A stretch of DNA of 64,000 nucleotides from Candidatus Obscuribacteraceae bacterium (GCA_044229845.1 JBGASG010000001.1:1-64000); one strand, 5' to 3'; shown: positions 34,646 to 45,412, counted from the first letter of the stretch. Made by a program: numbers and translations. Notes: a model not told the origin generated them from the letters alone.

Positions 34646-35680
34646 TTGGATACTCGGCAATCTCCACATATTCCACAGCAGTGGCTTGACCAGTTCGCCG
34701 TTTATTTAGAGTTCGAGAGAAACTACTCGTCTCATACTATTCGCGCCTACGTAAATGACCTGAAGCAGTTCATGACCGATGGTACGACTGCCCACACTGT
34801 CATTGAAACCGGCAACGGCAATGGTTTTAGCGACAATGGCATCGATAACAACACGTTGAACTTTCAACCGCCCAACGGCGGCGGACAGCTCGAAGCTGAC
34901 AAGCTGCGCGCGTACGTTCAATCGATTCAAGAACGTTATAGCCGTCAAACAGTGGTGCGCAAGGTCTCGGCCATCCGCACGTTCTGCCGTTATTTGCGCC
35001 GCGAACAACTGATCGACGAAGACCCGTCGAAAATGGTGCGCGGACCAAAACTGTCCAGACGGTTGCCACCATGTCTTGATAAAGAAGAAGTAGCTCGCCT
35101 GTTTGCGGCAACTGAACAACCTGCGGGAGACGATGGCGAAGCTCAGAACAACATTCGCGACAGAGCGATTTTGGAAACTCTTTACGCGACCGGTATTCGT
35201 GTCAGCGAACTGTGCAGCGCTCGGCTGTGCGATCTCAACCTGGAATCCATGGAACTGCGTGTGTTCGGCAAAGGCTCGCGCGAGCGCGTCGTTTTGCTCA
35301 ACAACAGCGCCGCCGATTGGTTGAAACAATACCTGGAACAACGCGGTCAGCGCCGCCGTGGCGAAGGCGAACCGTCAGCGATTGTTGATGTGAACAATCC
35401 TGAAGCGCCGCTATTCGTCAGCCGTCAGTCAACTCCGTTGTCGACGCGCTCGGTGCACCGTATCGTTCTGAAATACGCCCGTCTGGCCGGCATCGACAAG
35501 GTGATCACTCCGCATACCCTGCGGCATACCTTTGCGACGCACCTGCTTGAAGGGGGAGCCGATCTCCGTGTAGTGCAAGATCTCCTGGGTCACTCCAGCA
35601 TCAGCACGACGCAGATCTACACCCACGTGAGCATGGAAAGACTACGTCGTATTTACATAGCCAGCCATCCTCGTGCGTAG
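34646..35680 (+). CDS. xerC: XerC/XerD-type tyrosine recombinase
   Basis: Motifs YSSHTIRAYVNDL, RDRAILETLYATGIRVSEL, GKGSRER, HTLRHTFATHLLEGGADLR and LLGH...TTQIYTHV. TTG start chosen downstream of the promoter. XerC versus XerD is not resolved. Confidence 0.9.
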   Translation: MDTRQSPHIPQQWLDQFAVYLEFERNYSSHTIRAYVNDLKQFMTDGTTAHTVIETGNGNGFSDNGIDNNTLNFQPPNGGGQLEADKLRAYVQSIQERYSRQTVVRKVSAIRTFCRYLRREQLIDEDPSKMVRGPKLSRRLPPCLDKEEVARLFAATEQPAGDDGEAQNNIRDRAILETLYATGIRVSELCSARLCDLNLESMELRVFGKGSRERVVLLNNSAADWLKQYLEQRGQRRRGEGEPSAIVDVNNPEAPLFVSRQSTPLSTRSVHRIVLKYARLAGIDKVITPHTLRHTFATHLLEGGADLRVVQDLLGHSSISTTQIYTHVSMERLRRIYIASHPRA

Positions 35681-35791
35681 TAAAGCGCTATAATCGCCCT
35701 ATGGGTGATGCTGTAGTGGCATGCTCTATAAAATCTGGAGGGCGACGCTTGTGGCGTCGCCCCTCGGGTCCAAAGCGGTGGTTTTCAACCC

Positions 35792-38269
35792 GTGGCTAGA
35801 CAAAAGCGGGCGGCCAACAAAAAGAAGAAAAAGGGCGGTTTCTGGTCAACCGTTCAGCGTGTTGTCCTCATCCTCCTTTTCATTGTTGCTCTGCCCGTAG
35901 GATATGGAGTCGCATTCGTCTGGCAGTCCCTCAAGGACCTGCCGGACATTTCACTTCTGGAGAAGTACGAGCCCATCGAAGCGATTCAGATTTTCGACCG
36001 CAACGACCACCTGATTTGTACGGTGGAAGGCGACGAAGACAGACGGGTCGTGCCTCTGACGGCGGTATCGACGCAAATGCAGCAAGCCATGCTGGCGGCT
36101 GAAGATCACCACTTTTACGAACACCACGGCATCAACTTCATGAGTATCGGCCGCGCGCTGCTCACCAACGTGCAGGCGGGCAAAGTGCGTGAAGGCGGCT
36201 CGACCATTACTCAACAGCTGGTAAAGAACCTCTTCTTTGAAGACGCGAAGAGGACGTTCGACCGCAAAATCAAAGAAGCGTTCATTTCTTATGAAGTAGA
36301 GAGCCGGTACAAGAAAGAGAAGATTCTCGAGATGTACCTGAACCAGGTCTATTTCGGTAACGGTGGATACGGCATCGAGCGCGCCGCGCAAAGGTATTTC
36401 GGCAAGAGTGCCGGACAGCTGACGCTTGCCGAGTCAGCGTTTTTGGCTGGGCTGGTGAAGGCGCCAACCGAGATGGGTAACTCTTCAAATCGCACGGCGT
36501 CTATAGAAAGACAGCGCGAGATACTCGACAAAATGGTTGAGTACGGCTACGTGACGAAGGGACAAGCAGATGATGCACGCAAGCAAAAGCTGGTCTTCAA
36601 GAAAACCGTCAATCCGCTGCAAAAGTATCCGTTCTATATTAGTTTTGTTCTCGAGCAGTTGCGCCAGCACTTCAGTGCCAATGAAATGCGCCGCCAGGGG
36701 CTGCGCGTCTACACTAATCTCGATCCCAGTGCGCAAGACCTGGCCGAGAAAATTCTCGCAGAAGAGATCAAAAAGGCACCGCCGGGAGTATCGCAGGGTG
36801 CGCTGGTTTCAGTGTCCGTTCGTGACGGAGCTGTGGTGGCACTGGTCGGAGGTGTTGGCGACTACTGGAAAAACCAGTGGAATCGCGCTACCAACCCGCA
36901 CACCGCCGGCTCGTCCTTCAAACCTTTTGTCTATCTGGCTGCGATTGCTAAGGGCATCTATAAGCCTGATTCGCTGATCGACGATACGCCGATTACCATC
37001 AAACAAGGTTGGGGATTGCCTGATTGGAGTCCGAAAAATTTCGACCACAGATTCATGGGCAAGATCACCATTCGCAAAGCGCTGGCATTGTCACGAAACG
37101 TGCCGGCGGTGCGCGTCGGCAAAGCCGTCGGCATCGACAAGGTCGTCGAAACTGCTCGCCTGTGCGGTATCACCAGCAAACTGGATCAGAACCTTTCGCT
37201 GTCGCTCGGTTCATCGGCGGTGACGCCTCTGGACATGGCAGGAGCCTATGCGACCTTTGCGCGCGGCGGTATTGTCATCAAGCCGCAAGTTATTCGTCGC
37301 ACTGAGAACAACCGCGGTCAGGTGATTCAAAACTTCGAATCGCGCGTCGACAAGGCGTTCGATTCCGAAGCTGTGGCGCGTCTTTTAGATTGTCTGCAAG
37401 AAGTGGTCAATCATGGCACCGGCACCATGGCTAAATTGAAGGATCGTCCGGTGGCGGGCAAAACCGGTACCGCCGATGAAGGCAAAGATATCTGGTTTAC
37501 CGGGTTTACACCGGATATGGTGACCTGCACCTGGGGCGGCAACGACGACAACAAGCCGATTCCCGGACACAACGTCACCGGCGGTGTGGTCATGGCTAAG
37601 ATCTGGAAGCATTACACCGAAGAGTATTACAAGAAACATCCTACGCCGGCCGGCAGCTTCGTCGCGCCCAGCCGCATGTTGGATGTAGAACTGCAGCAGC
37701 AGGAACAACAAACGGAAACCGCACCGACCGTGCCTAAGCTGGTGCCGCTGACGCCCCAGCTGGGTAGTGAAGGCGACATCGTGGAAGGCGACACCACAGC
37801 CACAAATAGCGACGGTAGTGCGCCCACACCGGGAGTCACAGGCGGTCCCTCGACCGCTCCGGCGCCGCTGGAGCCGATCGATGCGCCTCCATCTCAACCC
37901 ATGACCCAGCCTAATCCGACAGCGCCCGCGGCCAATCCGATTGAGTCCCCGGCGCCCGCACCGGTGGCGGCTCCGGCTCCGACAGCGGCGCCCGGCATGC
38001 CTTCGGCGATGGCACCGGCGGTAGCGCCAGCGGTGGCGCCTGCAATCACACCGGCGACTGCCGCGACAGCGTCCCCTGTGCCGGCTCCTGCTTACAAGCC
38101 GACCTTTTCTCGATTACCGGCGGGGGCATCGACCACCGGATCATCAGCGTCGTCATGGTCTCCCGGAAGCACTGGTAAGCGCTTCAGCGCCGGCGACAGC
38201 AGCACCGGTACAACCGTGGGTGGCCGCCGGTTTTCGCCGACGACGACCCAGCCTGGTTCCGGTTTCTAA
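35792..38269 (+). CDS. mrcA: Class A penicillin-binding protein (PBP1A family)
   Basis: TM anchor. GT51 motifs EDHHFYEHHG and GGSTITQQL. Transpeptidase SSFK, SRN, KTG. Pro/Ala/Ser tail. Confidence 0.94.
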   Translation: MARQKRAANKKKKKGGFWSTVQRVVLILLFIVALPVGYGVAFVWQSLKDLPDISLLEKYEPIEAIQIFDRNDHLICTVEGDEDRRVVPLTAVSTQMQQAMLAAEDHHFYEHHGINFMSIGRALLTNVQAGKVREGGSTITQQLVKNLFFEDAKRTFDRKIKEAFISYEVESRYKKEKILEMYLNQVYFGNGGYGIERAAQRYFGKSAGQLTLAESAFLAGLVKAPTEMGNSSNRTASIERQREILDKMVEYGYVTKGQADDARKQKLVFKKTVNPLQKYPFYISFVLEQLRQHFSANEMRRQGLRVYTNLDPSAQDLAEKILAEEIKKAPPGVSQGALVSVSVRDGAVVALVGGVGDYWKNQWNRATNPHTAGSSFKPFVYLAAIAKGIYKPDSLIDDTPITIKQGWGLPDWSPKNFDHRFMGKITIRKALALSRNVPAVRVGKAVGIDKVVETARLCGITSKLDQNLSLSLGSSAVTPLDMAGAYATFARGGIVIKPQVIRRTENNRGQVIQNFESRVDKAFDSEAVARLLDCLQEVVNHGTGTMAKLKDRPVAGKTGTADEGKDIWFTGFTPDMVTCTWGGNDDNKPIPGHNVTGGVVMAKIWKHYTEEYYKKHPTPAGSFVAPSRMLDVELQQQEQQTETAPTVPKLVPLTPQLGSEGDIVEGDTTATNSDGSAPTPGVTGGPSTAPAPLEPIDAPPSQPMTQPNPTAPAANPIESPAPAPVAAPAPTAAPGMPSAMAPAVAPAVAPAITPATAATASPVPAPAYKPTFSRLPAGASTTGSSASSWSPGSTGKRFSAGDSSTGTTVGGRRFSPTTTQPGSGF

Positions 38270-38351
38270 TACCTGCCATAAAAAATTCTCACCAACGAAA
38301 TCGAGCCGCTGGGCGAAGATTATGGCGTGCTGCGGTTTTGAGGCGTAGTCA

Positions 38352-39662
38352 ATGGACCTCTCCCGTTTTCAGGGGTTGCTCGGAGTAATAGCCATATTCG
38401 GCATCGCCTTCTTGATGTCGAACAACAAAAAGCGCATCAACCTGAGGCTCGTGGGCACCGGGCTAGCACTGCAAATTTTGATGGCAGTTTTCGTGCTCAA
38501 AACCGACATCGGGCAGCAAATATTCCGCACCGTCGGCGATGGCATCACTGAGCTGCTGCATTATTCAGACGCCGGGGCTAATTTCGTCTTTGGACCACTG
38601 GCGCCCAATGCGTCGGAAACTGAAAAGACTGTTTCCGCGTTGGGTCCTAGAGGTGCCTTCATTTTTGCGTTTCGCGTCGTGCCAACAATCATCTTCGTCG
38701 CCAGCCTGGTGAGCATTTCCTATTACTTGGGAATTATGCAAAGAGTGGTGCAAGTCATCGCATTTGTCGTCTCAAAGATCATGGGTGCCAGTGGTTCCGA
38801 AGCCCTGTCCAATGCCGCCAGTGTTTTCGTCGGACAGGTTGAAGCGCAGCTTTTAATCAAGCCTTACGTTCCTTCAATGACAATGTCGGAACTGCTGGCT
38901 TCCATGGCCGGTTCGATGGCTTGTGTGGCTGGCGGCGTCTTAGCCGTATATATTGGTTTCGGAATTAAAGCATCGTATCTACTCACAGCTAGCATAATGG
39001 CGGCCCCTGCTGCTTTGGTCATTGCGAAAATCGTTTGGCCCGAAACAGAAGAGTCAAAGACCAAAGGCAAGGTTCAGGTGCACATCGAAAAGACGAACGC
39101 CAACGTCATTGATGCCGCTGCCCATGGTGCTTCAGACGGCTTACGAATTGGATTAAACGTGGTGGCCATGCTGATTGCCTTCATTGCGATCATTGCGTTG
39201 ATAAATGGAGGATTGGGGCTGCTCGGACAGGGACTCAGCAATCTTGGAATGAGTGCGAGCGGGATTGGCATCGATCTCGCAAAGCTGCAAATGGAAGATC
39301 TGTTCGGTCTATTTTTCGCTCCCATTGCATGGCTGCTTGGTTGTCCATGGGGGGACGCTCATCTCGTCGGAACCTTGATGGGCAAGAAAATGGTGATCAA
39401 CGAATTTATCGCCTACACCGAGCTGTCGGCGATTGTCAAAGGGGCGGTGACTGGAGTGTCGCTGTCACCGAAAGCGGAGACTATTGCCACTTTTGCGCTG
39501 TGTGGCTTTGCCAACTTTAGTTCTATCGCCATGCAGATCGGCGGCATCGGCGAAATCGCACCGTCCCGGCGGCAAGACCTGGCGCGGCTGGGCGTCAAGG
39601 CACTTATCTGTGGCACAATGGCCAGCTATCTCTCTGCCACCATCGCTGGTTTGTTGATCTAA
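38352..39662 (+). CDS. nupC: CNT-family nucleoside transporter
   Basis: Motifs FVFG, FVGQVEA, KMVINEFIAY and FALCGFANFSS. Confidence 0.93.
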   Translation: MDLSRFQGLLGVIAIFGIAFLMSNNKKRINLRLVGTGLALQILMAVFVLKTDIGQQIFRTVGDGITELLHYSDAGANFVFGPLAPNASETEKTVSALGPRGAFIFAFRVVPTIIFVASLVSISYYLGIMQRVVQVIAFVVSKIMGASGSEALSNAASVFVGQVEAQLLIKPYVPSMTMSELLASMAGSMACVAGGVLAVYIGFGIKASYLLTASIMAAPAALVIAKIVWPETEESKTKGKVQVHIEKTNANVIDAAAHGASDGLRIGLNVVAMLIAFIAIIALINGGLGLLGQGLSNLGMSASGIGIDLAKLQMEDLFGLFFAPIAWLLGCPWGDAHLVGTLMGKKMVINEFIAYTELSAIVKGAVTGVSLSPKAETIATFALCGFANFSSIAMQIGGIGEIAPSRRQDLARLGVKALICGTMASYLSATIAGLLI

Positions 39663-41825
39663 ATGGCACTACCGAGAATCGCAAGCATAATCATCTGGTG
39701 TGTGGTCGGTGCTGTGGGAGCTTACTCCCTGGGCACGGTAGCCCTGGTGCGCAACGAACAGATCAATGCCATCTGGCTTTTGACGGCAGCACTTTGCACT
39801 TTTGCCATCGGCTATCGGTTCTACAGCAAAATCATCTCCGACAAAATCTTCGCTCTGGACGACGATCGCAAGACACCGGCCGTGGTGATAGATGACGGCA
39901 AGGACTTTCACCCGGCACCGAAGTGGGTCGCCTTCGGGCATCATTTCGCCGCCATCGCCGGTGCCGGTCCGCTGGTGGGTCCGATTCTGGCCGCCCAGTT
40001 CGGCTATCTGCCGGGCACTTTGTGGATTATCATCGGGGTTGTGCTAGCGGGCGCAGTGCAGGACTGCGTGATCTTGTGCGCGTCTATGAGACGAAATGGC
40101 AAATCGCTAGGGCAGATGGCTAAGGAAGAGATTGGTCCTCTAGCCGGAGTGATTTCGCTGACTGCGATCCTGCTCATCATGTTGATCTTGATGGCGGTAT
40201 TGGCTGTCGTCATCGTCAATGCTTTGAAGTCCAGCCCTTGGGGCGCATTTACACTGTTAGCGACGGTTCCGATCGCTATGCTGGTCGGTTTCTACATTCG
40301 AAACATTCGTCCGGGAGCCATCAAAGAAGGTTCGGTAATTGGCGTGGTGCTGACCTTGCTCGCTGTAGTTGCCGGCAAGTGGGTTGCCGAGTCGCCGACC
40401 CTGGCACCAATCTTCACGCAGAGCGGTACGACCATCGCCATCGCCATCATGATCTACGGATTTGTGGCGTCAGTCTTGCCGGTCTGGATGCTGCTTTTGC
40501 CGCGCGATTATCTGTCGGCATATATCAAGATTGGCACGATCAGCGCGCTGGCACTGGGCATTTTTCTGGTGCGTCCGACACTGCAGATGCCGGCTACCAC
40601 GATTTTCTTCACTAACGGGCAGGGTCCGCTTTTTTACGGTGACGTCTTTCCGTTCTGTTTCATAACTATTGCTTGTGGTGCTATCTCCGGCTTCCATTCG
40701 CTGGTGTCATCGGGGACGACTCCCAAGATGATCACCAAGGAACGCGATGCGCGCGCCATCGGATATGGTTCCATGCTTTGCGAAGCCGCGGTGGCAATCA
40801 TGGCGATTGTGGCGGCAGGCGTTCTTGCTCCTGGCTGTTACTTCGCGATCAACAGCCCGGCGGGCGTGGTCGGCGCGGATCCGGCAACCGCAGCCACCAA
40901 AATTTCATCCTGGAACTATCTGGTGACCGTGGAGCAGATGAATCAGTTGGCTCAAAATGTCGGTGAGACCTCACTCTGGGGGCGCACCGGCGGCGGACCG
41001 ACTCTGGCTGTCGGCATGGCTCACATCTTTTCGCAGGCGCTGGGCGGTTTCGCCCAGGCGTTCTGGTATCACTTCGCGATCATGTTCGAGGCACTCTTCA
41101 TTCTCACTTGCCTCGATGCCGGGACCCGGGTTGGACGGTTTCTTCTCCAGGACTTTCTAGGTCTATTGTGGGCGCCGCTTGGCAAGACCAGCTGGTATCC
41201 TTCGATTCTGCTCAGCTCGTTTTTGATTGTTGCCGGCTGGGGGTATTTCCTCTATCAGGGCATTGTCGATCCGCTGGGCGGTGTCAATAGTCTCTGGCCG
41301 CTTTTCGGCATTTCCAACCAATTGCTGGCAGTGGTGGCACTCTGTGTCGGCACGACTGTAATCATCAAAATGGGCAGAGCCAGGTGGTGTTGGATCACGA
41401 TTGCCCCGCTGGTGTGGCTGCTTGCTGTAACCCTCACCGCCGGCTATCAAAAGGTATTCAGCGATAATCCGAAGCTCGGTTTTATGGCGCATGCTCGGTC
41501 ACTGGCAGACAAAATCACAAGCGGTGCCATCATCGACCCGGCGGAGATAGCAAAGACCAAAACGCTGATCTTCAACGACTATCTGGATGCGTTTGTCGGC
41601 GGGCTTTTCATGGCGCTCGTACTGGTGGTCGTGATAGCCGCGGTGAGGGCGTGGTTCCGAAAATCCCCAGCGCAGCCTGCTGAATCAGGCGCTTCTGAGA
41701 AGCCTGCCACCAGTCCCGGACTGCCACCGGAGTGTCCTGAACTTGTGGACGGCACGGGGCTGGCTCGCGCTGCCGACATGTTGAATGGACTCCGCGACGG
41801 CGACAATCCGTTGCGTTGCTGCTGA
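39663..41825 (+). CDS. cstA: Carbon starvation protein A family transporter with C-terminal RCC tail
   Basis: Motifs [43 protein letters not shown] and [11 protein letters not shown]. Confidence 0.95.
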   Translation: MALPRIASIIIWCVVGAVGAYSLGTVALVRNEQINAIWLLTAALCTFAIGYRFYSKIISDKIFALDDDRKTPAVVIDDGKDFHPAPKWVAFGHHFAAIAGAGPLVGPILAAQFGYLPGTLWIIIGVVLAGAVQDCVILCASMRRNGKSLGQMAKEEIGPLAGVISLTAILLIMLILMAVLAVVIVNALKSSPWGAFTLLATVPIAMLVGFYIRNIRPGAIKEGSVIGVVLTLLAVVAGKWVAESPTLAPIFTQSGTTIAIAIMIYGFVASVLPVWMLLLPRDYLSAYIKIGTISALALGIFLVRPTLQMPATTIFFTNGQGPLFYGDVFPFCFITIACGAISGFHSLVSSGTTPKMITKERDARAIGYGSMLCEAAVAIMAIVAAGVLAPGCYFAINSPAGVVGADPATAATKISSWNYLVTVEQMNQLAQNVGETSLWGRTGGGPTLAVGMAHIFSQALGGFAQAFWYHFAIMFEALFILTCLDAGTRVGRFLLQDFLGLLWAPLGKTSWYPSILLSSFLIVAGWGYFLYQGIVDPLGGVNSLWPLFGISNQLLAVVALCVGTTVIIKMGRARWCWITIAPLVWLLAVTLTAGYQKVFSDNPKLGFMAHARSLADKITSGAIIDPAEIAKTKTLIFNDYLDAFVGGLFMALVLVVVIAAVRAWFRKSPAQPAESGASEKPATSPGLPPECPELVDGTGLARAADMLNGLRDGDNPLRCC

Positions 41826-41826
41826 T

Positions 41827-43149
41827 ATGGCTAAGAAAAATCCCCAACTCAGGATAGATCAATCCGGACAAGATCCTAAGGATCCTGAGTTTTCGTTGAT
41901 GGTGCCGGAGAAGCAGAAGGCACTTGAGGCGATCAAGAAACTGAAGTTTCGCACCACTCCGCCGGAACTGGCGTCGACTTCCGGACTAACTATCAACCAG
42001 TCGCAGTACTGGCTTAATAAGATCGCCGGAGAAACCAAAGGCAAACTCGAAGTCGCCAACGACGGCACGATCTTCTATTCCTTTTCGCCGGCTTTCACTA
42101 ACGCCTACTTGCAGCGCGGGTTTCGCAGAGCGGCACTGCTTTTTGGTGCGGCGATGTTCCAGTTTCTTTACTGGGTCGTTCGCATGTCTTTTGGCGTCGC
42201 GTTGGTCGGCTCGATTCTTGTGATTTTGTGCATTATTCTTGCCATCATGCTGGCTGCACTTGCGGACAGCAACAGCAACGACGGCGGCGATTTCTTCGAC
42301 TGGATCGACTTGCGTTTCTTGCTAGACCTGTTCGCGTGGAACTACAGTCCATCGGTCAACTACTACGCTAACAGCGTTCCCAGTACACAGCGTGACAGAT
42401 ACAACAACATCTTCATCGAAAAGAAGAAGAGCAATTACTTTGTCGCTTGCTTCTCATTCTTGTTTGGTGACGGTGCTCCCAACTCTAATCTGGAGCAGAT
42501 TCGCTGGCAGCACATTGCCCGCATCATCAAGGAAAATGGTGGTGTGGTTTCGACCGAGCAGCTGGCGCCGTTTCTTGACGGAGACCGCTCTGACTCGGGC
42601 AAAATCATGAGTGCACTGGCGCAATTCAATGGCAAACCGGAGGTCACCAAAAGCGGTTACATCGTTTATGTGTTTCCCGACTTTCTGGTGCCCGGCGCGG
42701 CGCCGGCCTTGCCGCCAATGAGCGCCGACAATTATTTGAAGGAAGACTATTGGAAATTCTCGGCGTTCGAAGACAAGATTCCCATGGTGTTGACACTGGC
42801 GGTCTTGAACTTCGCAGGCAGCTGGTGGCTATTCAAGCACATCGCGACGATCACTCTAGTGCACGCTCTTGCTGTTTTGGTCGACGTGCTGCTCACCTAT
42901 GCAATTGTCTTTTTGATGATTCCGCTGATCCGTTTTCTTGTGCTGATGGTGTTGAACAAGCGAATCGATGCGCGCAACGAACGACGTAGGCAGGCTTGGG
43001 AACTGGTTGCAGAGCCGAAGGACGATGTCTGGGAAGAACTGAAAGAAGCGAAGCAGATCCGGTTGGAACAGCTAGATGGACTCACCGCCGATAGTACTAT
43101 CGTCTACGACTCAGACAAAGATTATTTGGAGCAACAGTTCGACAAATAG
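41827..43149 (+). CDS. Conserved membrane protein resembling the cyanobacterial/plastid At5g03900-like family
   Basis: Duplicated module (GKLEVANDGTIFYSF and FNGKPEVTKSGYIVYVFP), FSFLFGDGAPN, and TM pairs. Family recognised from memory. Confidence 0.7.
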   Translation: MAKKNPQLRIDQSGQDPKDPEFSLMVPEKQKALEAIKKLKFRTTPPELASTSGLTINQSQYWLNKIAGETKGKLEVANDGTIFYSFSPAFTNAYLQRGFRRAALLFGAAMFQFLYWVVRMSFGVALVGSILVILCIILAIMLAALADSNSNDGGDFFDWIDLRFLLDLFAWNYSPSVNYYANSVPSTQRDRYNNIFIEKKKSNYFVACFSFLFGDGAPNSNLEQIRWQHIARIIKENGGVVSTEQLAPFLDGDRSDSGKIMSALAQFNGKPEVTKSGYIVYVFPDFLVPGAAPALPPMSADNYLKEDYWKFSAFEDKIPMVLTLAVLNFAGSWWLFKHIATITLVHALAVLVDVLLTYAIVFLMIPLIRFLVLMVLNKRIDARNERRRQAWELVAEPKDDVWEELKEAKQIRLEQLDGLTADSTIVYDSDKDYLEQQFDK

Positions 43150-43446
43150 CCTTGGGCTCAGCCGCCACTACAGGTAGTACCACGTGTTTGATGCAGGCGA
43201 CTGTCTGCCTTAACGAGCGGTCACGCTTTGACGGTTCTCAAGATTACCAGCCGTTCAGATTTCATATTAGAAAAATCGCTTGAGAACCCGGGCTTTTGCC
43301 TTTCCAAGTGTGCGCCAATGCAGACTTGCGGAGACGTGTTCGAGCTTATCAAGAGAACAATCTATCGATCGGTTCTCAAGAATTGTCTATTAAATTATCT
43401 GACATTAGGATCCCTTAACGGCAGCTATGACTAACAGGTGATTGTC

Positions 43447-43611
43447 ATGCCGGGTACGGCGCTTGGAATTTTCTGGATCGATTTTCTGTGCAAGCCAGCA
43501 TATAAATATCTGCTGCACCATCCAGTACTGGTTATTTTGCTGATCTGCTGTGTTTACGGCTTCATCGGCTATCACGTTCTCAAATCTGCATATCTCTGCG
43601 AGCGCTATTAG
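43447..43611 (+). CDS. Possible 54-aa membrane protein
   Basis: AGGTG RBS, then MPGTALGIFWIDFLCKPAYKYLLHHPVLVILLICCVYGFIGYHVLKSAYLCERY. Confidence 0.35.
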   Translation: MPGTALGIFWIDFLCKPAYKYLLHHPVLVILLICCVYGFIGYHVLKSAYLCERY

Positions 43612-43689
43612 AGTCAGCCTGGCTCCGCTATACTTGCACGACCGCTTCCAGCCTGGCGCGCTGCTGCACGCTCCATCACCTCTGTGTCG

Positions 43690-44387
43690 GAGATGTGAAG
43701 CAAGGTTTGCCCATCGATAAGGTGTTTCTTCCAGGTTGTGGTGTCGGCCGCACAGACGAGCGATGAAGGTTGGCATGTCATTGCCACCACAGCCGCTGCA
43801 CAAACCCAAATGGAGAACGTGGGGCGTTTCATCGAATATCCCTCTTACCCACCCCGGAAGAGCTGAAAAGCGGTCGCGCGGAACTGGAGAAAAGTCTCCA
43901 GTTGGCACAGCAACAAGTGCCGGCATTGCGAGCACTCAAAAGCAAGGAGACAGCTGAATCAGTGATTCAACTCGTAAATGCGGTGGGTTACTTGAACTCG
44001 CTTGATGCAGTCACCGTGGCGAGCATCTTCTCCGAGTTCAAAGAAGCGAAAGATGAGCATCCGGAGGCGTTGCTGGCTATGTTGCGTCGCTGTCAAACCA
44101 TCGCCAAACGCTTGAACGCGATGGACGAACAAGTCAGCGCTGTCGTGGATAAAGCCTTAGAGACGGATGGTGCAAAGATTCAGTGGCAGCCGGACGGTCC
44201 GGACAAGGAAAAAATGGTCGACGAGCTGAGCAAGTTTCCTGCGCAGATGAAACAAGCGGCAGCCGACGTTCACAAAAGCATGGACAGCGTCGATGAACAG
44301 ATACAGAAGCTTGAGCAGGCTGAAGCTGAGAAGAAAGCCACAGGCAAGGAAGCGTCAGCAGGCAAGGAAGCGTCAGCAGGCAAATAG
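43690..44387 (+). pseudogene. Helical hypothetical protein with apparent 5' frameshifts
   Basis: The ORF from about 43851 (TPEELKSGRAEL...) is clearly protein-like. The most protein-like upstream text lies in other frames. True start unknown. Confidence 0.5.
44341..44383 (+). repeat. 18-bp tandem repeat (2.4 copies) encoding GKEASA
   Basis: CAGGCAAGGAAGCGTCAG twice, plus CAGGCAA. Confidence 0.9.
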
Positions 44388-44469
44388 CGCCAACTTCGTG
44401 GAATCACCAGTGACAGTACGCCTCTGACGGACTATTGTTTGGTCACTGGGCTACGGGAGTCTTGTCTCA

Positions 44470-45360
44470 ATGAGTCGAACAGCGCTCGATCTGGCACGTA
44501 TTTCGGAAGGTACCGAGGACCAGGTGGCGAAAGTCGCGCTGCAGACCTTCCAGGACCAGATCACCAGCCTGCGTGCCGCCGATATGGGTGGCAACCTTGG
44601 TAGGTCGAACGGTACCGGGCGCGCGGACATCATGCCGGCAGCCTGGCGCACCGAACAGGGCGTGGCAACTCCGGGCGCCGATGACAATTTCAACCCCCTC
44701 GAGCAAGTGGCTGGAACGCCAAAAACCCGCGCCATTCCGCTTAGCCGGGCGCAGATGTCGCTGCTCGATGCCATGAAAGGCTTCGAAACCGCCAAAAATC
44801 CCTTCGAGGGCATGAAGAAATTCGGTCCCACTTTCGAAACCGCCATCAAGCAAGCAGACGAAGACTTCACCACCAAAATGACCGCCATGGCTAAAGACTA
44901 TGAAGCTAGTAAGCCGGCAGTCGAGAAAGCCGACAAAGAAATGACAGCGGCAGAAACGGCGTTATCCGCCTCGTTGCGGGGCATCAAAGACCCGCAGGAT
45001 AAACAGGCGGCAGCCGCCCTGGCGCTGCAATATATGATGCTCCCGGATAGCGATAAGGCCAAAATCGATCTCGACAAGGTCTTCAAGCCGTATCCCGAGG
45101 TCGCCCAGGCGTTGCTGGCGCGGGATAAAGCCGCGACCGAGAACGCCCCGATTCTGAAGAAGATGGACGAGTGGCGCACCAACACGGAAGCCCTGGTTAT
45201 GGACAAGTTCATGACTCGCGTGGCTTATGGTTCGGCTCTTGATTCCATGGGAGCCGGCTCTCGCGCCCAGGAGCAATACAAAGCCGGTTTCGGAGTCCTG
45301 GGTCTGCCGGTGCCAAAACAGCTGTTGCCCAAACGAGACCCCAACATCCGCGAAGCCTAA
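44470..45360 (+). CDS. Hypothetical alpha-helical protein
   Basis: GGGAG RBS and a 296-aa ORF with host-like codon usage. Confidence 0.75.
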   Translation: MSRTALDLARISEGTEDQVAKVALQTFQDQITSLRAADMGGNLGRSNGTGRADIMPAAWRTEQGVATPGADDNFNPLEQVAGTPKTRAIPLSRAQMSLLDAMKGFETAKNPFEGMKKFGPTFETAIKQADEDFTTKMTAMAKDYEASKPAVEKADKEMTAAETALSASLRGIKDPQDKQAAAALALQYMMLPDSDKAKIDLDKVFKPYPEVAQALLARDKAATENAPILKKMDEWRTNTEALVMDKFMTRVAYGSALDSMGAGSRAQEQYKAGFGVLGLPVPKQLLPKRDPNIREA

Positions 45361-45412
45361 GCCTGAAGCCTGAGGCGCGTGCTATAACGCGATCTGGAGG
45401 CAGTCATTCCAC

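Noticed and set aside
41823..41875. Sec readthrough of the cstA TGA (would give RCC-U-YG)
   Set aside because: Only a weak 4-bp stem lies downstream, RCC is the natural family terminus, and the next gene starts 1 nt after the stop.
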